64,000 nucleotides of DNA from contig JAHHIK010000027.1 in assembly GCA_019358935.1 (NCBI GenBank), positions 13,802-77,801 on the forward strand, given 5' to 3'. Position 1 is the stretch's first letter. Each line of letters begins with the position of its first letter. Below the pieces are notes generated by a model. The model was not told the DNA's origin. It saw only the letters and a program-made list of their open reading frames with translations, and did no database searches. Shown here piece after piece: positions 42,549 to 54,536 of this stretch. The position numbers and the translations under genes are program-made. This DNA comes from Tolypothrix carrinoi HA7290-LM1. GTDB taxonomy: Bacteria; Cyanobacteriota; Cyanobacteriia; Cyanobacteriales; Nostocaceae.

Positions 42549-43172
42549 ATGGAAGATTTTCAGGTTTGCGATCGCGACCTTAATGACGCTGCCTTATCGC
42601 AATATTTAGAATCGGAGGCGATCGCAGTCGATACGGAAACGATGGGATTATTGCCAGTGCGCGATCGCTTGTGTCTTGTCCAGTTGTGCAATCATGAGGG
42701 TAAAGTTACCGCAATCCGCATTGCTAAAGGGCAAACCGACTCCCCAAACTTAAAAAAACTCCTAGAAGCAACGAATATTGTTAAGATTTTTCACTTTGCT
42801 CGCTTCGACCTTGCTACCTTGCGTTATCATCTCGGCATCCAAGTTAATCCTGTATTTTGCACCAAAATTGCGAGTAAGTTAGCGCGTACTTACACTAATC
42901 GCCACGGACTCAAAGATGTGGTGCAAGAATTGGAACAAGTCGAACTCGATAAAAGCGCTCAAAGTTCAGACTGGGGAAACGCTGCTAATTTATCAGCATC
43001 TCAATTAAGTTACGCTGCTAATGATGTGCGCTACTTAATTAGCGTCCGACAAAAACTGATAGAAATGCTCACTAGAGAAGAACGTTGGCAAATCGCACAA
43101 GAATGTTTTCAGTGTTTACCAACTATAGTTTCCTTAGATTTGTCGCAATTTAAGGATGTATTTGAACATTGA
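42549..43172 (+). CDS. rnd: Ribonuclease D-like 3'-5' exonuclease
   Basis: AVDTETMGL..RDRLCLVQL, FHFARFD, CTKIASKLART, QSSDWG, YAANDV. Confidence 0.9.
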   Translation: MEDFQVCDRDLNDAALSQYLESEAIAVDTETMGLLPVRDRLCLVQLCNHEGKVTAIRIAKGQTDSPNLKKLLEATNIVKIFHFARFDLATLRYHLGIQVNPVFCTKIASKLARTYTNRHGLKDVVQELEQVELDKSAQSSDWGNAANLSASQLSYAANDVRYLISVRQKLIEMLTREERWQIAQECFQCLPTIVSLDLSQFKDVFEH

Positions 43173-43276
43173 TAAGTTAGCTACGCTCTCGTCAAGAGTC
43201 AAAAAGTCAAAAGTCCATAACTGTTGACTCTTGACTCTTGACTACTGACTATTGACTATTGACTGTTGACTCTTAA

Positions 43277-43945
43277 TTACACCTTTTTGTTTTGTGTTTC
43301 GGCGTGATTTTTCAAGCGCTCTACAACATTGTAGTCATCTGCGCCTGCGGGAGTCTTTGATTCTACAATACCCTCAGTTGGACCGCCGACAGCTTTCCAT
43401 GCAGCAAGACCACCTTTGAGTGCTGAGACATGCTCAAATCCAGCAGAACGAAGTGCTTGTGCGGCTTGGTTCGTTTCTTCGTCATTTGCGCCGTAAACGT
43501 AAATATCACGGCTTTTAGCTAAACTTGGGGTTGCGCGGTCTACCAATTCATCGATTGGCATTGGCATTGCGCCCATGATATGACCATCATTATAGGTCAT
43601 GCGATCGCGCACATCCAAAATTGTAAAAGCTGGTTCACCCCATTCCAGACGCGATTTCAGTACATGAACATCAGATTGGGGGTCAATTGGTGGCTGTGAA
43701 GGAATAACATCCCCTACTACATTATTGACAGCGTTCTTACCAGCTTGTCCTACCTTATTCGCTGCATCTGCGACATTCTTCCCTGCTGATTCTGCGGTAT
43801 TTTTAGCGGATTCTGCGACATCCTTGGCTGAAGAAGCAACATCCTTTGCTGCTGATTGTGCTGTATCCTTAGCAGATTCTGCTGTTTCTTTGGCAGATTC
43901 TGCCGCATTCTTCGCTGCTGATTCGATATTGTTTTCTGATTCCAT
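43277..43945 (-). CDS. Rhodanese-like domain protein with LEA-like N-terminal repeats
   Basis: TILDVRDR..Y..GHI.GA, LKGGLAAWK; N-terminal AESAKD/N repeats. Confidence 0.85.
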   Translation of the reverse strand: MESENNIESAAKNAAESAKETAESAKDTAQSAAKDVASSAKDVAESAKNTAESAGKNVADAANKVGQAGKNAVNNVVGDVIPSQPPIDPQSDVHVLKSRLEWGEPAFTILDVRDRMTYNDGHIMGAMPMPIDELVDRATPSLAKSRDIYVYGANDEETNQAAQALRSAGFEHVSALKGGLAAWKAVGGPTEGIVESKTPAGADDYNVVERLKNHAETQNKKV

Positions 43946-44080
43946 ACATCCCTCGCCGATTATGTTAATATCAGTAATTTAGCAAACACTAAAAATTTAC
44001 TCTCTCTTTCCTGGGTATGAAGCTTGTAAATATCCCCCTTCAGATAGACTTAATCAATGAAATAAATCTTACCAGCTTAT

Positions 44081-44191
44081 CAGTAGACTTTTTACACTGA
44101 CTTGGGAAAAAGGGTTAAGGCAAAGGGAAAAAAGGTTTTCTAACCTTTGCCCACAATAGCGTCAAACAAACTTTTGCTCATAAGTCTACTG
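44081..44191. mobile_element. Possible MITE remnant with 10-bp terminal inverted repeats
   Basis: cagtagactt ... aagtctactg, 111 bp, non-coding. Confidence 0.4.
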
Positions 44192-44557
44192 TGTAATATA
44201 ATCAACCAATACTAGAGAAAAAACTTTTTTATCTTACTGAAAATTATTTGGGATAGTTTATCGACATCTGATTCAAATTTCATGCACTAATAATAAGAAC
44301 ATAAATAAAATTTATATTAGTCTCTCGCCAAAGGGCGATCGCATCCCCTCCTACCGCACTATTCACAAGGTTTACCAGGCTGTGATGTCTGACGATAAAC
44401 CGATGCAGCGTCTACACCAATTAAAATCAAAACTTTGCACAATCTGCTAAAAACAGAGATAATATCGTGTTCGGTTAAAGACTTATTATTCAGACCGCAG
44501 CTTTGCAGGGGGACAATTTATTTCTATTACCTATTACCTATTACCTATTCCCAATGA

Positions 44558-45619
44558 TTAACTAGTAAGTCTCTGACACACCAATTCAGCCGCTAAATGT
44601 ATCGCTGCTTTCATCGAAGTAGCATCGGCAATTCCTTTACCTGCAATATCAAATGCTGTCCCGTGATCTGGTGAAGTCCGCACAAAAGGAAGACCGATAG
44701 AAGTATTAACCGCTCTATCAAATGCCATCAATTTCACAGGAATTAAACCTTGGTCGTGGTAAAGTGCTAAATAAGCATCAGCAGGATTAAGGATAGCAGC
44801 ATTTCCATACCACGCTTGACCAGGCTTCACCCACATTGTATCCGGCGGGACTGGACCATCTAACTGAAATAATGGTCTATTTTTACGCTCTTGTTCTAAC
44901 CAGGGAATTAGCCAATCTTGTTCTTCATGTCCTAGTTGTCCCTGTTCGCCACTGTGGGGATTTAAACCAGCGATCGCTATTCTTCCATTTTCTATCCCAA
45001 AGTCTTTTTCTAAACATTCCACCAGCAAATCTAATTTATTTGTCATTAACTGCGGTGTTAATACCTGGGGTACTTGACTTAATGGAATATGTGTGGTGGC
45101 AACTAAAGTGCGGAGTGTCCAATTAGTGTGAGGCGATCGCGCCACAAATAACATCCCAAAGCGGTCAACTCCAGACTTTTCTGCTAAAAGTTCAGTTTGC
45201 CCAGGATAATTATATCCTGCCGCCTTCCATGCAGATTTAGCGATTGGACCTGTAACGATCGCATCGAATTTACCAGATAGTGTGTGAGCGATCGCAGTCT
45301 CCATATAAGCAAAACTAGCCTTACCACTAGCTGCATTACCAATCCCGGTGATAATTTCACCTTGGGAAGGAACATCCAAAACTGACAAATCAGCCGGATT
45401 TGCCATCAAATCTAAATTCCCACTTAAATTAAACTTAATATAAGCTTGTATCAATAAATCCCGGCTTCCTACCACTGTTAGATCGCAGTTTTTGCTAACA
45501 TCGGGATCTGCCAAAGCCTTCAAAACCACCTCTGGTCCAATCCCAGCCGGATCTCCCAACGTCACCACCAGACGCGGACGCTGTTGTTTATGAGATGTTA
45601 CCGTAACATTTGAATACAT
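44558..45619 (-). CDS. pdxA: 4-hydroxythreonine-4-phosphate dehydrogenase
   Basis: [55 protein letters not shown]; the track's longer N-terminus is repeat read-through. Confidence 0.96.
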   Translation of the reverse strand: MYSNVTVTSHKQQRPRLVVTLGDPAGIGPEVVLKALADPDVSKNCDLTVVGSRDLLIQAYIKFNLSGNLDLMANPADLSVLDVPSQGEIITGIGNAASGKASFAYMETAIAHTLSGKFDAIVTGPIAKSAWKAAGYNYPGQTELLAEKSGVDRFGMLFVARSPHTNWTLRTLVATTHIPLSQVPQVLTPQLMTNKLDLLVECLEKDFGIENGRIAIAGLNPHSGEQGQLGHEEQDWLIPWLEQERKNRPLFQLDGPVPPDTMWVKPGQAWYGNAAILNPADAYLALYHDQGLIPVKLMAFDRAVNTSIGLPFVRTSPDHGTAFDIAGKGIADATSMKAAIHLAAELVCQRLTS

Positions 45620-45646
45620 ATGATTTAAAATCCTACTAAAAAAGCT

Positions 45647-45842
45647 AGGGATTGGGCATTGGGCATTGGGCATTGGGCATGGGTAATGGGTAATGGTGAG
45701 TCCAGCGAGAAAGGGAGGGTTTCCCTCCGCAGGCGACTGGCGAACCCGAAGGGCTAATGGGTAATGGGATAAATTCTTCCTTGTCCCCACGCCCGTCGCC
45801 CTTGTCCCCCTTGTCCCCCTTGTCCCCACACCCGTCGCCCAG
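45647..45842. repeat. STRR arrays with an embedded 56-bp structured element (45698-45753)
   Basis: Minus strand cccttcgggttcgccagtcgcctgcggagggaaaccctccc...gctggactc; two gggcgacggg(c/t)gtgggg units. Confidence 0.8.
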
Positions 45843-45899
45843 CCCTTCTGGTAGACTGAGTTTATATAAATTAACCATTCGTAGAGGAGAATTAGACCA

Positions 45900-46004
45900 A
45901 TGACCGAAATTGTGGCAGCAGCGCTATTACCCGTCGCTTTAATCTTCATAGGCTGGGGTTTGGGTGTATTGTTGCTGAAGATTCAGGGCGCAGAACCAGA
46001 ATAA
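45900..46004 (+). CDS. petM: Cytochrome b6f subunit VII PetM (not in ORF track)
   Basis: Manual translation [43 protein letters not shown]; pdxA-petM-ycf39 context. Confidence 0.92.
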   Translation: MTEIVAAALLPVALIFIGWGLGVLLLKIQGAEPE

Positions 46005-46156
46005 TCGTTCTACTGAGCCGATATTAAAAGGGGAGAGGCGACAAAAAAAGTCTCTCTCACCAGATCGGTTTGTTAAAAATATTGTAAACTTTTGTTTGCA
46101 TATGCGAGTCTGATAAGATTCTATTAATAAAACTTTAAGATTTTTTACAAAGCCCC

Positions 46157-47143
46157 ATGACATTATTAATCGTCGGTGCCACTGGCACCTTGGGAAGACA
46201 AGTGGCTCGTCGTGCTATCGATGAGGGCTATAAGGTACGCTGTCTTGTCCGGAGTGCTAAAAAAGCTGCATTTCTAAAAGAATGGGGCGCAGAACTCGTA
46301 CCAGGAGACTTGTGTTATCCCCAAAGCCTCACAGCCGCACTTGAAGGTATAACCGCAGTCATTGATGCCTCAACATCTCGTCCTACCGACTCACTGAGTA
46401 TTAAACAAGTAGACTGGGATGGCAAGGTAGCATTAATTCAAGCAGCTCAAGCCGCAGGTGTAGAACGTTTTATCTTCTTTTCTATTCTCAATGCCGATAA
46501 ATATCCAGAAGTACCCTTGATGGAAATTAAGCGGTGTACAGAACTCTTTTTGGCAGAGTCCGGCTTGAATTATACTATTTTGCAGCTGGCTGGCTTTATG
46601 CAAGGGTTAATCGGTCAATATGGAATTCCGATTTTGGAAGGACAACCAGTTTGGGTGACGGGTGAATCTTCCCCCATCGCTTACATGGACACTCAAGACA
46701 TTGCTAAGTTTGCTATCCGCGCTTTGAGCGTTCCAGAAACGCAAAAGCAAGCTTTTCCGGTGGTGGGTACTCGCGCTTGGAGTGCCCAGGAAATCATTAG
46801 CTTGTGCGAAGGCTTGTCTGGAAAAGAAGCGAAAATAACCCGGATGCCATTAAACTTACTGCGAGCAGTGCGGAACATAACGCGGTTCTTTCAGTGGGGA
46901 TGGAACGTTGCTGACAGACTAGCGTTTACAGAAGTATTGGCAAGTGGTAAACCGCTAAATGCCTCAATGGATGAAGTATACAAAGTTTTTGGGTTAGACC
47001 AACAAGAAACCACCACCTTGGAAAGCTACCTACAAGAGTACTTCAGCCGAATTATGAAAAAACTTAAAGAAATAGACTACGAAAAAACTAAAGCCAAAAA
47101 GAAGAAGGAAAAAAGAAGCCCCTTTAAAAAGACTTCAAATTAG
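46157..47143 (+). CDS. ycf39: Ycf39 atypical SDR/NmrA-like protein
   Basis: VGATGTLGRQVARRA, FLKEWGAELV.GDL, VPLMEIK, IAYMDTQDIAKFA. Confidence 0.9.
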   Translation: MTLLIVGATGTLGRQVARRAIDEGYKVRCLVRSAKKAAFLKEWGAELVPGDLCYPQSLTAALEGITAVIDASTSRPTDSLSIKQVDWDGKVALIQAAQAAGVERFIFFSILNADKYPEVPLMEIKRCTELFLAESGLNYTILQLAGFMQGLIGQYGIPILEGQPVWVTGESSPIAYMDTQDIAKFAIRALSVPETQKQAFPVVGTRAWSAQEIISLCEGLSGKEAKITRMPLNLLRAVRNITRFFQWGWNVADRLAFTEVLASGKPLNASMDEVYKVFGLDQQETTTLESYLQEYFSRIMKKLKEIDYEKTKAKKKKEKRSPFKKTSN

Positions 47144-47334
47144 CTAAGTGTCAATGGGCAATGGGCACGCTCGATTGGGGGCACGCTCGATTGGGGGCTT
47201 TTCCCTTTCCCCCTCTTCAAATCCCCATGCCCCATGCCCGATGCCCGCTTGCCCAATTCCCAATTCCCACATTGTCCAAAATGTGTCACGATTAACATAA
47301 TATAGAGCATCGCAAGCAAGTTGGATATTTGAAT

Positions 47335-48252
47335 GTGCCGAAAGCAGGCATTATTTACAACGACGTTAAACCGATAGCGAGTCGCGTTGCTATCGAACTG
47401 CAAGACAAACTAACCGCAGCCGGTTGGGATGTTTCCGTCACAGCGGGTATCGGTGGTATGCTGGGCTACTCTACCCCAGAGAGTCCTGTATGCCACACGC
47501 CAATTGAGGGTCTGACACCCCCTGGTTTTGACTCAGAAATGAAGTTTGTCGTGGTGTTAGGGGGAGATGGGACTGTTTTGGCTGCCTCTCGCCAAGTTGC
47601 CCCCTGTGGCATTCCATTGCTAGCGGTGAATACCGGTCATATGGGGTTTTTGACCGAGGCTTACCTCAACCAATTGCCCCAAGCAATAGAACAGTTGATT
47701 CTGGGTGAGTATGAAATTGAAGAGCGGGTAATGCTTACCGTCAAAGTGTTTCGCTCTGAGTCGGTGTTGTGGGAAGCCCTCTGCTTGAATGAAATGGTGC
47801 TGCATCGAGAACCGCTAACCTCAATGTGCCATTTTGAAATTGTCATAGGAGGTCATGCGCCAGTAGATATTGCCGCAGATGGTGTGATTATTTCTACACC
47901 AACGGGTTCTACAGCTTATTCGTTGAGTGCTGGTGGACCGGTGGTAACTCCAGGAGTACCTGTATTGCAATTAGTGCCGATTTGCCCTCATTCTCTCGCT
48001 TCTAGGGCGTTGGTGTTTCCTGATAGTGAGCCAGTAAACATTTACCCAGTAAATATTCCTCGCCTAGTGATGGTGGTGGATGGTAACGGCGGGTGCTATG
48101 TTCTGCCACAAGATCGGGTATATTTAGAGCGATCGCAATATACTGCCCGATTTATTCGCTTGCAACCACCAGAGTTTTTCCGCATTTTACGAGAAAAATT
48201 AGGTTGGGGTCTACCACACATCGCCAAACCAACCTCGGTAGAATTGCCTTAA
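47335..48252 (+). CDS. nadK: NAD(+) kinase
   Basis: [41 protein letters not shown]. Confidence 0.95.
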   Translation: MPKAGIIYNDVKPIASRVAIELQDKLTAAGWDVSVTAGIGGMLGYSTPESPVCHTPIEGLTPPGFDSEMKFVVVLGGDGTVLAASRQVAPCGIPLLAVNTGHMGFLTEAYLNQLPQAIEQLILGEYEIEERVMLTVKVFRSESVLWEALCLNEMVLHREPLTSMCHFEIVIGGHAPVDIAADGVIISTPTGSTAYSLSAGGPVVTPGVPVLQLVPICPHSLASRALVFPDSEPVNIYPVNIPRLVMVVDGNGGCYVLPQDRVYLERSQYTARFIRLQPPEFFRILREKLGWGLPHIAKPTSVELP

Positions 48253-48637
48253 TTGGGAATTGGGAATTGGGCATTGGGCATTGGTAATTGGGAAAAAGGT
48301 AATTGGTAATTGGGCATGGGGCATTGGGCATGGGGTATTGGGAATTATTTCTATTACCCATTACCCATTACCCCAACTCTAGAGCCAGAGCCGGCACTCC
48401 TGGAAACCCTCCCTTTCTCGCTGGACTCACCATTACCCATTACCCCAACTCTAGAGCCAGAGCCGGCACTCCTGGAAACCCTCCCTTTCTCGCTGGACTC
48501 ACCATTCCCCATTACCCATTCGCTATTACCCATTCCCCATTACCCATTCCCCCAACTCTAGAGCCAGAGCCGGCACTCCTGGAAACCCTCCCTTTCTCGC
48601 TGGACTCACCATTCCCCATTCCCCATGCCCATTCCCC
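48253..48637. repeat. STRR arrays with three copies of a ~54-bp element
   Basis: aactctagagccagagccggcactcctggaaaccctccctttctcgctggactc x3 among cccatta/c heptamers. Confidence 0.88.
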
Positions 48638-48838
48638 AGTAATTTTGAATAAGTTATTAAAATTGTTGCATCTGCGAGTTTAATCGCCGATACTTGAACG
48701 TGCGTTTAACATGGTAGACAAAGTGCCCAACTAGGATTGCTCTATCATCAAAAACACGTAAATTGCACTTTTACCTGATGTACAGACGTTTGACAGCACA
48801 GAAGATTGAATTTCAATATCATTACTCCACGCATTAAT

Positions 48839-49525
48839 ATGACGCTTGCTCACAAAGATTGTGTTTTGGTGATTGAAAGCGACGAGAATCTAGCAAATCA
48901 ACTGACTTGCGATTTGCAGGAAGCTGGCTACGAACCAATTGTGGCGCATGATGCAAACAGTGGTTTTCAATACTGCCGCGATCGCCAACCTGCTTTAATA
49001 GTTGTAGACCGAATGCTCACCGGAGAATCTGGACTCTCTTTGTGCAAAAATCTGAGAAATGCCGGAATGCGATCGTCCGTGCTAGTGTTAATGGCACGCG
49101 ATACAATCGATGACCGTGTTGCTTGTCTAGAAGCCGGAGCCGATGATTACTTCCTCAAGCCTTACCGTTCAGAAGACTTTTTAAAGTTGATTCGCCTTTA
49201 TTTAAAACCAGATGTTGATACCACAGAACAGTTACGGTTTGGAGATTTGATTTTAGATATAGCAACCCGTCGCGCCATACACAACGGGCGTGCAATTGAC
49301 TTGACAATGAAAGAATTTGAACTCTTAAAGTATCTAATGGAACATCCCCGTGAAGTATTAACCCGCGAACAAATTCTCGAAAATGTTTGGGGTTACGACT
49401 TTATGGGCGAATCTAATGTCATCGAAGTGTATATTCGCTACTTACGCCTGAAAATCGAAGAAGAAGGTCAAAAGCGCCTGATTCAAACAGTGCGCGGTGT
49501 AGGATACGTGTTACGAGAATCGTAA
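48839..49525 (+). CDS. nblR: OmpR-family response regulator NblR
   Basis: Atypical receiver (VIESD, VVDRML.GESGL, VLMARD); LTMKEFELL, SNVIEVYIRYLRLK, TVRGVGY; NAD kinase-nblR-DUF192 context. Confidence 0.85.
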   Translation: MTLAHKDCVLVIESDENLANQLTCDLQEAGYEPIVAHDANSGFQYCRDRQPALIVVDRMLTGESGLSLCKNLRNAGMRSSVLVLMARDTIDDRVACLEAGADDYFLKPYRSEDFLKLIRLYLKPDVDTTEQLRFGDLILDIATRRAIHNGRAIDLTMKEFELLKYLMEHPREVLTREQILENVWGYDFMGESNVIEVYIRYLRLKIEEEGQKRLIQTVRGVGYVLRES

Positions 49526-49611
49526 ATAGTTGGGGGTTAGGAGGAGTGTGGTTAGTGGTTAGTGGTTAGTGGATGGTGGATAGTGGTTCATGAAACAACC
49601 AGCAACCAGCA

Positions 49612-49814
49612 ACCCTTCGGGTTCGTCAGATGCTTCAAGTCGGGAAACCCGCCCAACGCACTGACTCACCATCAACTATCAACTAACAACCCTTCGGGTT
49701 CGTCAGATGCTTCAAGTCGGGAAACCCGCCCAACGCACTGACTCACCATCAACTAACAACCCTTCGGGTTCGTCAGATGCTTCAAGTCGGGAAACCCGCC
49801 CAACGCACTGACTC
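49612..49814 (+). repeat. Three identical 56-bp structured elements separated by heptamers
   Basis: acccttcgggttcgtcagatgcttcaagtcgggaaacccgcccaacgcactgactc x3. Confidence 0.9.
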
Positions 49815-49857
49815 ACCATCAACTAACAACTAACAACTAACAACTAATTAAAATTCT

Positions 49858-50388
49858 ATGATTCGTTGGCTAATTTTGCTACCAATGCTCCTAAGTGTTG
49901 TGCTGTTCGGGTGTTCTGAACCAACACCAGCTAAACCCCCCAACACTAGCCTTGATTCTCAATTATCAGCCTCAGCGCCTTCTGGTCAAACACTACCGAT
50001 TTCTGGTGTCGCCATTGTTCCTAATGGCACAAAAATTAATTTGGAGGTAGCGCGGACACCAAAAGAGCAAGAAATTGGGTTGATGTATCGCAAGGTTTTG
50101 CCTTCGGACAGGGGGATGCTGTTTGAGTTTCGTTCCGCGCAACCAGTCAGTTTCTGGATGAAGAATACTCTTATACCGTTAGATATGGTTTTTCTGCGTC
50201 AGGGGGTAGTGCAATATATTGCAGCTAATGTACCTCCCTGTACTGCGGATCCTTGTCCTAGTTATGGTCCTCAAACACCAATCGACACGGTAATTGAACT
50301 GCGTTCTGGACGTGCCGCTGAATTAAGTTTAAAAGTGAGCGATCGTGTTAAAATTGAATTCCTCAACCCCGGTTCTTCCCGGAGATAG
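49858..50388 (+). CDS. DUF192 family lipoprotein
   Basis: Lipobox LFGC; EVART..Q..GLMYR, GMLF, FWMKNTLIPLDMVF, VIEL. Confidence 0.92.
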   Translation: MIRWLILLPMLLSVVLFGCSEPTPAKPPNTSLDSQLSASAPSGQTLPISGVAIVPNGTKINLEVARTPKEQEIGLMYRKVLPSDRGMLFEFRSAQPVSFWMKNTLIPLDMVFLRQGVVQYIAANVPPCTADPCPSYGPQTPIDTVIELRSGRAAELSLKVSDRVKIEFLNPGSSRR

Positions 50389-50913
50389 AGGTTTCAGCAA
50401 GCCTAAGTACGCTATCGGTAAAAATATCAATGTTTAAGTTTTAGTAAAAAAAGCATCACATGGTCTAGTAAAAAAATTACTTTTGACCTAATATTTTATA
50501 AACATGCTAATCATTACAAAACCAAGCTATTTCCAGGACAAAATAGCAATTTTAACATTTGATGGCAAAAAATATTCCTTTTGGCGTACCTATAAATAGT
50601 CGTTAATAAGAGAGTATAACTATGGAATCTTTCTTACTACAGGTGTAATCAATTAAAGCACTATAGTAAAAATGATTAAATAAATTTCATCTGATCTAAG
50701 CGCTACTTGAAAATTAAGTAGACAAGAAGCGCTAGAATTTATATTTACCGAATCCTTTTAACAGAAGGCTTTGTGAGAGGAACACCGTCATTAACTGTGT
50801 TGGGGTGTTAATTAGTTAACAACACAGTCACAGATGAAATACTGCTTATAGGCTACAGAAAATCTTGAATTTATGTATGACAATACACTTTACGATAGGG
50901 AGGTGAGATACAA

Positions 50914-51105
50914 ATGACACCATCAACATATCCTCGACTTATTCGTTTTTTACAAGATGATTTAGCAATTTCTACGGCTTCGCTAGCGGTTGCTCTTCGT
51001 CACCGAGAACAAGACCCAGGTCCTTTGCCAATGATTCTTTGGCAATATGGATTAATTACTCTCGAACAGTTAGAACAAATTTATGATTGGCTGGAGACGG
51101 CATAG
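50914..51105 (+). CDS. DUF2949 family protein
   Basis: FLQDDLAIS...ALRH...LPMILWQYGLITLEQL..IYDWL. Confidence 0.88.
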   Translation: MTPSTYPRLIRFLQDDLAISTASLAVALRHREQDPGPLPMILWQYGLITLEQLEQIYDWLETA

Positions 51106-51218
51106 TTATGAGTAGTTTATTCAGGAGAATCGACTTATGCCACATCAATGCCTTTTACAAAGGCTGATAGATAAGGAAATTAGCTGCACGGTTTTCTACT
51201 CATTTACATATAAATTAA

Positions 51219-51250
51219 AAGAGCGAGTTGGATGATTCAACTCGCTCTCT
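51219..51250. terminator. Probable bidirectional terminator between convergent genes
   Basis: agagcgagttg-gatgatt-caactcgctct hairpin with A-run before and T-rich sequence after. Confidence 0.6.
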
Positions 51251-51325
51251 TGATTTAGTTATAAGTACAATTTTTGAATTTAAGAAGGAAAGATTGACGC
51301 TTAACTCTTTACTCCTTAATTTTAA

Positions 51326-51577
51326 TCAATCAGGAACGACAACTTTCTGAGAATTCTGATGATTGATTGACCAGCGGTGGTCAACTTCTTTAGAGGAAAA
51401 CTGGCAAATTTCTTCTAGGTGTTTTTGTTGTGCCGCAGCTTTACGGAGTGTAATAATTAGCTGATTCACCTGATGCCGTAGTTCTGGGTTTTGACTGACT
51501 GCTGACATTGTTTGTCTTTCTAAAAGTTGCAGTATCAGTTCGTAGTGGATAGGTGAAGGCAGAGGAATTTGCTCCAT
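51326..51577 (-). CDS. DUF5340 family protein
   Basis: IPLPSPIHYELILQLLERQT...LIITLRKA. Confidence 0.8.
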   Translation of the reverse strand: MEQIPLPSPIHYELILQLLERQTMSAVSQNPELRHQVNQLIITLRKAAAQQKHLEEICQFSSKEVDHRWSINHQNSQKVVVPD

Positions 51578-51806
51578 AAAGTTAATCTAATATTTAATAT
51601 TTGGGATTTTCTATTAGTCTGAGATTTTTATTTGATAAATGAATTTTTACATAGCAAAGAACTATTTATTTAAAGCCGAGATTTTGTAGGTGATGAAGAT
51701 TTGGCAAACTTTGGCGCGATCGCGTACCCGCGTGCCGCAGGTATCGCCCTCTACTTAACCATTGACAAATCGCCCTCTGTGTGCATTTACTCATGTAATT
51801 TTTCTT

Positions 51807-52697
51807 TTACAAAAGCTTGGGAAATAATTGAGCGATCGCTAATTCTGGCTCTGCTTGTTTTACCAAAGATTCTCCTATTAATACCGCAGATGCACCAGAT
51901 GACGCCACTAAATTTAGATCCGAAGTGTTATGTAATCCTGACTCGCTGACAACTAAAATATTTCGTTCTTGTAATTGGCTACCTCTTGCTTTTAGTAGTT
52001 GACAAGTAGTTTGCAAGTCAACAGAGAAATTTTCCAAGTTGCGGTTATTAATTCCTATTAAGGATACATCATCTAAAGCTAACACGCGGTCAAGTTCGGC
52101 TAAAGTGTGGACTTCAATTAAAGCTGCCATTTTCAGGGATTTAGCAATTTTGATAAAGTACTGCAAATCTTGATCGCTAAGTATAGCGGCAATTAACAAG
52201 ACCGCATCAGCACCTTTAACACGCGCTAAAAACATCTGGTAAGGATAGATGACAAAATCCTTACACAGTAGGGGCAAGTCTACGGTGGCGCGAATGGCGG
52301 CTAAGTTATCGAAGCTACCTTGAAAGAACTTTACATCGGTGAGGACAGAAAGACAACTGGCACCGCCTCGCTGATATTGTTGGGCGATCGCTACTGCGTC
52401 AAAATCTTCTCTGAAAACTCCTTTGCTGGGAGAAGCTTTTTTAACTTCCGCAATCAACGCTGGCTTTGTCTTACCTTGTCGCAAAGCGGCGATAAAATCG
52501 CGGCTTTTTGGTGCGGCGAGGGCTTGGCGCTGCAATTCGCTTAAAGGCAGCTTTTCGCGCATTTGCTCAACTTCTATTTCTTTCTGCCAGACAATTTCCT
52601 CCAAAATGTTGTTAGGCGCCGCATCAAAAATGGCGGATTGAAAGCGCAATACAGATACATCAATAGCTCGATTGGGATGAAGGCGACGGATTTGCAT
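51807..52697 (-). CDS. trpC: Indole-3-glycerol phosphate synthase
   Basis: [46 protein letters not shown]. Confidence 0.97.
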   Translation of the reverse strand: MQIRRLHPNRAIDVSVLRFQSAIFDAAPNNILEEIVWQKEIEVEQMREKLPLSELQRQALAAPKSRDFIAALRQGKTKPALIAEVKKASPSKGVFREDFDAVAIAQQYQRGGASCLSVLTDVKFFQGSFDNLAAIRATVDLPLLCKDFVIYPYQMFLARVKGADAVLLIAAILSDQDLQYFIKIAKSLKMAALIEVHTLAELDRVLALDDVSLIGINNRNLENFSVDLQTTCQLLKARGSQLQERNILVVSESGLHNTSDLNLVASSGASAVLIGESLVKQAEPELAIAQLFPKLL

Positions 52698-52895
52698 AAT
52701 GGGGAATGGGGAATGGGGAATGGGGAATGGGGAATGGGGAATGGGGAATGGGGAATGGGGAATGGGGAGTGGGGAGTGGAGTAAGAAAAACTCTTGACCC
52801 TTGACTTTTGAACGCCACTTGCTTTAAACCGGGAAACCCGTCCAACGCAGTGGCTCCTCTTGACTCCCGACTCCCTACTCACTACTCCCCACTCC
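52698..52895. repeat. STRR arrays with a 45-bp element at 52812-52856
   Basis: (ggggaat)n; acgccacttgctttaaaccgggaaacccgtccaacgcagtggctc. Confidence 0.85.
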
Positions 52896-54326
52896 CTAAG
52901 AGACGATCGCTCGTTTGTATGCTTCATCCAGCACTTCGGAAAGTGTGGGGTGAGCGTGAACTAAATGAGCTAGGGTTTGGACAGATTGGCGATTGGCGAT
53001 CGCTGCTGACGCTTCGTGGATTAAATCACTGGCGTGCATTCCGAAAATGTGAACGCCCAAAACTTCGCCTGTGTCTTGACGATACACCACCTTTGCTATA
53101 CCATCCGCTTCACCTTCTGCTAATGCTTTGGAATTACCTTTAAAGTAAGTCCGTGCTGTTCCGACTTCAAAACCGGATTCTTTACCTAAATCCTTGGCTG
53201 CTGTTTCTGTCATTCCCACATAGCTGATTTCTGGGTGGGTAAATGCTGCCGCCGGTATACTGCGATAGTCAACTTCACGGTGTTTGCCACAGATATTATC
53301 TACCGCTATGATACCTTGAGCCGAAGCCGCGTGTGCTAACATCATTTTGCCGTTGGCATCGCCAATTGCCCACAAATGCGGCACTACTTCACCTGCTGAC
53401 AGTACAGCCATGCTGTCGTTGACGGGGATAAAGTTGCGCCGATCTACTTCTACACCCACAGACTCTAAACCAAGATTTTGTGTAGCGGGGATGCGTCCGG
53501 TGGCAACTAGACAAGCATCCACTTCAATGACATCGACATCTTCTTTGGTTTTGAAATCTGCTAATTCAATTACCACCGGTGAACCGGGAATGACTTTTTT
53601 GGCGTATATCCCCACTTTGGTTTCAATGTCGCGGGGAGTAATTAGCACCCTTTCTGCAAGTTTGGCGATATCGCGGTCAAATCCTGGCATCAACTGGTCG
53701 AGGGCTTCAATCATGGTGATTTCACTGCCCAAAGCTGAGTATATATCAGAAAATTCTAAGCCGATATAGCCACTGCCAATAATTGCTACCCAATCTGGTA
53801 AAGATTCTAACTTTACGCCTTGGTCGCTGGTAAAGACAGTTTTGCCGTCTACCTCAATACCTGGAGGGACGAAGGGAATCGAGCCGGGTGAAAGTATGAT
53901 GTCTTTAGCTGTGATGGTTTTTTCACCCTCTTCTGTAGTAACACTGACTTTTTGGCTTCCGGCTAATTTTCCCCAACCCCGGATGATATCAACTTTTAGG
54001 CGTTTCAGGCTGTTGGTTAAATCGCCTTGGATTTTGGATACGAGATTGTCGGCGTGGTTGGCGATCGCTTGGCGATCAAAATCCACATTACCGACTTGAA
54101 TACCCAGCGATTTCAGGTGGTGGGCGTCTCTTAACTCTCGCACACGTCCAGAAGCCGCCAACAGCGCTTTAGACGGAATGCAGCCCCGGTTGACACAGGT
54201 TCCCCCCATATCGGCTGCTTCAATAATCGCTGTTTTCAGACCGCAGCTAACGGCGTGTAGGGCAGCGCCATGTCCGCCTACACCCGCGCCTATAATTACT
54301 AAATCGTAATCAAATCCCTGACTCAC
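52896..54326 (-). CDS. lpdA: Dihydrolipoamide dehydrogenase
   Basis: [41 protein letters not shown]. Confidence 0.97.
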   Translation of the reverse strand: MSQGFDYDLVIIGAGVGGHGAALHAVSCGLKTAIIEAADMGGTCVNRGCIPSKALLAASGRVRELRDAHHLKSLGIQVGNVDFDRQAIANHADNLVSKIQGDLTNSLKRLKVDIIRGWGKLAGSQKVSVTTEEGEKTITAKDIILSPGSIPFVPPGIEVDGKTVFTSDQGVKLESLPDWVAIIGSGYIGLEFSDIYSALGSEITMIEALDQLMPGFDRDIAKLAERVLITPRDIETKVGIYAKKVIPGSPVVIELADFKTKEDVDVIEVDACLVATGRIPATQNLGLESVGVEVDRRNFIPVNDSMAVLSAGEVVPHLWAIGDANGKMMLAHAASAQGIIAVDNICGKHREVDYRSIPAAAFTHPEISYVGMTETAAKDLGKESGFEVGTARTYFKGNSKALAEGEADGIAKVVYRQDTGEVLGVHIFGMHASDLIHEASAAIANRQSVQTLAHLVHAHPTLSEVLDEAYKRAIVS

Positions 54327-54536
54327 GTTAGTTTCCCCGTCGTGTGCTTTGTCTATTTATTCTCATCTTCACAAGCAATCAGCGCAACCCCCAGGATTTT
54401 TTGGTGTTGCTAAATCAAATTATCATTTACGCGCTTCTGGCGAAGATATTAATACTTCACTTCCGCAATCTAGTAGTATTACATATAACGTTCTAATTTA
54501 TACATTTTTTTATAATTACTCGCGACGTGAGTATAT

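Noticed and set aside
45620..45949. Long N-terminal extension of PdxA (similarly 62298-62498 for the ferredoxin)
   Set aside because: Read-through of STRR arrays; the pdxA extension also overlaps petM on the opposite strand
49612..49814. Mini CRISPR array (also 48371-48607)
   Set aside because: Units are too long (54-56 bp) and are separated only by STRR heptamers
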